Virus record (IMG/VR): IMGVR_UViG_3300017716_002931
Span: 31,213-95,212 of that record
Source of the DNA: a virus
Reading direction: 5' to 3' (one strand)
DNA: 64,000 bases
The notes under the pieces are model-generated. The model saw only the letters and a program-made list of their open reading frames with translations, did no database searches and was not told the origin of the DNA. A program made the translations under genes and the position numbers. Of this stretch, positions 60,699-64,000 are shown one piece after another (the stretch's first letter is position 1; the number at the start of each line of letters is the position of its first letter).

Positions 60699-60728
60699 AA
60701 AAAACCCCACCTTTTTACGGGTGGGGTT
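60699..60728 (-). terminator. rho-independent terminator after the tail tube gene
   Basis: aaccccacc/ggtggggtt stem plus T-run. Confidence 0.8.
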
Positions 60729-60753
60729 AAGACCTTTGACCTTTCCAAAAAAA

Positions 60754-61245
60754 TTAAAATTGTAGGATACAGTAGTCCATAGCCAATGTCAACGTAATAT
60801 TGAGTGGATCTCCACCGTTACTCCAGTCACCACTACCGAACTCTGCATTGGTGATGAAAGCGCCTCTGATCAACCACTCTTCGACTTTATCACCGACCGG
60901 GCCAAGAGTGTTCATGGTGCAATCCTTTTTGTAGAAGTCTAAGTAACCATCACGGCCGGTTACAGATTCGTGACTCAAACGAACCCACTCCATTACAGCT
61001 TGAGCGCCGGAAGGAACGATTGGATCATACAATTCAAGAGTGATATCACTCCAAGTAGTTTTACCTTTGTAGCTACGTTGGATGTTGATATAGTCAATCG
61101 TCTTCTTTTCAGAAGCGAGCTTTGGTCGATCCGCTTTTTTGATAAGGAAGGCAGGTATGCCTTCGACGGAGAAAATGAAACGATTTTGAACTTTTGGTTC
61201 AAAAGTTGTGTAAAACATCTCATTTGGATTTAGTAGGTCTGCCAT
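60754..61245 (-). CDS. tail tube protein (T4 gp19-like)
   Basis: FEPK..NRF, KGK..W.DITLELYDP, MEWVR, GPVGDKVEEW, LTLAMDYC. Confidence 0.9.
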   Translation of the reverse strand: MADLLNPNEMFYTTFEPKVQNRFIFSVEGIPAFLIKKADRPKLASEKKTIDYINIQRSYKGKTTWSDITLELYDPIVPSGAQAVMEWVRLSHESVTGRDGYLDFYKKDCTMNTLGPVGDKVEEWLIRGAFITNAEFGSGDWSNGGDPLNITLTLAMDYCILQF

Positions 61246-61311
61246 ATTAGTTTTTTCCTTCTTAGGTCGTGTATATAAATAGTGTTTGTTTTTTGATTTT
61301 TCTAAAAATCT

Positions 61312-61998
61312 TCACGATTCTTTCATTGTGTGTTGAACATCATACATTTTGCTTATAGAATGTTTCAAAATGTCGATGTAATTGTTGTTCCTCAATAGTT
61401 TAAACACAATGTTTTCAGTGCTAAACTCGCCTGCCATATCCAATCCTGTTTGTCTCATATCATACACATCTTTTAATGTAGATTTGATAACATTGATATC
61501 TTTGCTCTTGAGAGCGTTTGAAATTTTTGATGCTAAATCATGATACTTTTGTTTAATCAGATTGTCGTCCAACTTAACAATTAACTTATCTGGCTTGACT
61601 ACCCACTTGTTGTGAAGAAGAGAATAAATTCCCAACGCATGAGTTTTATGGTTTACGTCTTGGATATACATTTCTACGTTGTGATCCTTGATGTGGATAT
61701 CATGGGCATCGTTCCACTTTGCTTTTAGAGCGTTCGTATAGTTCCCAGCGTCTTCCTTACTCATTTTGAGTTGTGCGAAGTCTATAGAGACATGTACGTC
61801 GATATCGCTTGTTGGCGTCCAATTGTAATTAGCGCTGCTTCCGAGTAAAAGTATATCAGAAATAGTTGCAGTAAGCTGAGTTTCTTCATAAAAGTCTTTA
61901 GCTATTTGAACCAAGTTTTGGTTAACATCCTGTTTTAGTGTACCGGCATCATTCCAAAGAGCAGGATTAAGAGTATTGTTATAAATTCTATGTTTCAT
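61312..61998 (-). CDS. Pol beta-superfamily nucleotidyltransferase
   Basis: LGSSANYNW...SDIDVH, VEMYIQD, GEFSTENIVFK.LR. Confidence 0.8.
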   Translation of the reverse strand: MKHRIYNNTLNPALWNDAGTLKQDVNQNLVQIAKDFYEETQLTATISDILLLGSSANYNWTPTSDIDVHVSIDFAQLKMSKEDAGNYTNALKAKWNDAHDIHIKDHNVEMYIQDVNHKTHALGIYSLLHNKWVVKPDKLIVKLDDNLIKQKYHDLASKISNALKSKDINVIKSTLKDVYDMRQTGLDMAGEFSTENIVFKLLRNNNYIDILKHSISKMYDVQHTMKES

Positions 61999-62630
61999 AC
62001 ATTTGACCAACTGTAACCATAACTTTCCTTAGTTTTAGACTCCACACCCAAAATTCTTTTCAAGTCAACAATTGTTTTTACAGCGTTTTTATGTTCAATT
62101 GCTACACCGCCAGCAGATCTCCACTGAGAAATATTTTTTGGAAGATCGTCAATCAAAATATGATTTGGGTTGACAGCATACTGACGTTTTGCATCTGAAC
62201 TATCTACTAAGATTATGTTTTCTTCTTGAGGAACTGGAATGAGTTTAGTTGACAACCAAGTTCTTTTTCCTATATCAGCACTGTTGCTTTTAGATTCTCT
62301 AGAACCAGTGCTGCTTAAAATCTTAACAGTATAACCAAGTGAATTTATGAACTTCCAAAGCATATCAGCGTCTGGTTCAATTTTAGGCAATGTTGACCAA
62401 AATTCAATTCCTTTATCTGATTGATCACGGATTAAATCCCACATTCCTTGTGGATTACCTTCTTTATCAAATTCAGAGGGAGCTTTGCCATTTGATAACT
62501 GCATTATGCCTTTATCAAAATCTGCAAGCACTCCATCCATATCACAATAAATAACGACAGTGTTATCGTTTTCTTTTTCTAGAAGATTATGATCAAATAC
62601 TTCTGGTAGTGTTGATTTTAAACTTATCAT
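61995..62630 (-). CDS. HAD 5'(3')-deoxyribonucleotidase (NT5C-like)
   Basis: DMDGVLADF, ILSS, K..W, LIDD..KN..W..AGG. Confidence 0.85.
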   Translation of the reverse strand: MISLKSTLPEVFDHNLLEKENDNTVVIYCDMDGVLADFDKGIMQLSNGKAPSEFDKEGNPQGMWDLIRDQSDKGIEFWSTLPKIEPDADMLWKFINSLGYTVKILSSTGSRESKSNSADIGKRTWLSTKLIPVPQEENIILVDSSDAKRQYAVNPNHILIDDLPKNISQWRSAGGVAIEHKNAVKTIVDLKRILGVESKTKESYGYSWSNV

Positions 62631-62761
62631 GTCACTATAAATAGAGTCGCAAAAAGATAATAACTTGACAAACGTTTGTAAAAATGATACCCAGTAAGAA
62701 TATTAAGCGCAACAAGCACTTGAATCAGTACATTGTTCACTGTTTTAAATGTGATAAATGC

Positions 62762-62959
62762 TTAAATCAAATAATAACCAGGCAGAAAATCAATGTTGTC
62801 AGGCAAACCAAGTTTAATGAACTGTTTGTATTCAGCGGAAGATTCTATAGTCCATGAATGTTGTTTTAAATCTGACAGATCGCCATAGTCAGGTCCACCC
62901 ATTACATGGTCTATATTATTGTCGTCGTATTCCACAAAATCCGACTCTGTGTTTTTCAC
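62762..62959 (-). CDS. small acidic hypothetical protein
   Basis: GTG start after the late motif at 62963-62970. Confidence 0.5.
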   Translation of the reverse strand: MKNTESDFVEYDDNNIDHVMGGPDYGDLSDLKQHSWTIESSAEYKQFIKLGLPDNIDFLPGYYLI

Positions 62960-62994
62960 AACAATAAATATAAAACATCAAGTCGAAAGAGGAT

Positions 62995-63645
62995 TTATTG
63001 GTCAATTGACTTCAAAATAATTACCATCTGATACTCATCAACATATTGATCATCTACGTACCTGTCAGATACACCGTCGATCAATGATTGCAAATTCAAA
63101 TGCGTCCAATCTTCACCCGAAAAACTATTGTTTTTAAGTCCGTTCCCCTGTGCATCAAAATTGTGAATATCATCGATATACAAAATCACGCTTCCCTTAT
63201 GCAGTTTAGCTATGGTTTCAATTTCAAGGTTCAGTGGATTTTGATTTTGTGGAATAGAAACATCGTTGTTTAGAACTCCCGTGTTCTCGCCAAACCCTTT
63301 CCACATACTATTATTCCAATCAGTAGAAGAGTTTCCAGAAAAATGGGCATCAAGCCAAAACAAAGTAGTTCCTGTAAGAGTAGGCAATATAGTCTTCAAC
63401 ACCTCAGCCGAATTTCCGTGAATACATTTAATGTTCAGATGAGGCAAAAGACGTTTCTTTCCTTTTTGAAAAATCTGTTCGTCGAGTTCAATTGTAATTA
63501 CCTTTTTGTACCTTTTTGATAATTCAATCGTGCCATCGACTTTAAAAGTTCCTGTTTCTACAGCGGTTTCAACCGACTCCAAAAGTTCAGGAGCAACAAT
63601 TGTTTTCAGAAAATTGTGATCGTATGCAGCATAACAATGATACAT
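62995..63645 (-). CDS. SAM-dependent methyltransferase-like protein
   Basis: VETGT, TIELD, GNS..VL, FWLDAH, IDD. Confidence 0.7.
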   Translation of the reverse strand: MYHCYAAYDHNFLKTIVAPELLESVETAVETGTFKVDGTIELSKRYKKVITIELDEQIFQKGKKRLLPHLNIKCIHGNSAEVLKTILPTLTGTTLFWLDAHFSGNSSTDWNNSMWKGFGENTGVLNNDVSIPQNQNPLNLEIETIAKLHKGSVILYIDDIHNFDAQGNGLKNNSFSGEDWTHLNLQSLIDGVSDRYVDDQYVDEYQMVIILKSIDQ

Positions 63646-63659
63646 AGAAGATATAAAAC

Positions 63660-63691
63660 AAAAACCCCGCCACTAAAAAGGCGGGGTTTTT
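63660..63691. terminator. bidirectional rho-independent terminator
   Basis: aaaaccccgcc/ggcggggtttt stem flanked by A and T runs. Confidence 0.85.
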
Positions 63692-63732
63692 GATCAATAC
63701 AGTACTTTAATTTAAAAATTAAGTTAACTTAT

Positions 63733-64000
63733 TCATATTTCAAATGTGTTATCAAATGTTGTAATAGCTTTGTTGTAGGAACGTTTGGTTTCGTCAAGAG
63801 CATTATCTGTAAATTGCCAATTCCAAAATAATTCATTTGGCGTTTTGAATCCAAAAAATTGTAATACTTCTTTTTGTGTTTGAGTAACATCTTTTCCATT
63901 CCAATTTTGACCAGTAGCAATAAATCCTGAATCTATATCTTTTACTATATTACTTTCACTCAAAGTAGAATGTCGGTTCTCAATCCAAGTCAATCTTTCA
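63733..64000 (-). CDS. hypothetical protein, 5' end outside the window
   Basis: The frame stays open to the right edge. Confidence 0.6.
   Translation of the reverse strand, partial: ERLTWIENRHSTLSESNIVKDIDSGFIATGQNWNGKDVTQTQKEVLQFFGFKTPNELFWNWQFTDNALDETKRSYNKAITTFDNTFEI

Noticed and set aside
62665-62760. Plus-strand promoter or sRNA after TTGACA at 62665
   Set aside because: The -10 match is poor (TACCCA), and there is no downstream ORF or clear structure
1-64000. tRNA/rRNA genes, integrase or transposase
   Set aside because: None recognised by eye and intergenic gaps are short; tRNAscan-SE would be needed to fully exclude tRNAs

Overview
This 64-kb window is from a large, AT-rich, T4-like (jumbo-type) myovirus genome, with no bacterial housekeeping context. 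From left to right it contains five blocks. (1) A family B DNA polymerase running off the left edge, a secreted FecR-domain protein and a Cas4-like nuclease. (2) A ~21-kb glycan locus (4.9-26 kb) with about 11 glycosyltransferase-like genes, methyltransferases, two UDP-galactopyranose mutase paralogs, a UDP-HexNAc dehydratase/reductase pair, and an opposite-strand rmlA/epimerase-reductase/C-methyltransferase/rmlB/GT cassette joined to a dNMP kinase. (3) Accessory genes: UvsE, DUF4338, a MoxR-vWA pair, Pro/Thr-repeat proteins, a Mom-like protein and a SemiSWEET-like protein. (4) A replication block: NrdAB, helicase, 5'-3' exonuclease, RecA/UvsX, gp32 and a second, family A polymerase. (5) A tail module: baseplate, tape measure, assembly chaperone and tail tube. 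Signals not shown by the ORF track include a probable +1 programmed frameshift in the tail chaperone (TTC TTT TGG, 59400-59408), a single in-frame amber codon splitting the tape measure gene, a recurring TATTTATA motif upstream of late genes (the reverse complement of the T4 late promoter), sigma70-type promoters that would give leaderless mRNAs, and a standalone mucin-like Pro/Thr peptide that could be an acceptor for the phage glycosylation machinery. All functional calls come from motif recognition only; no database searches were run.
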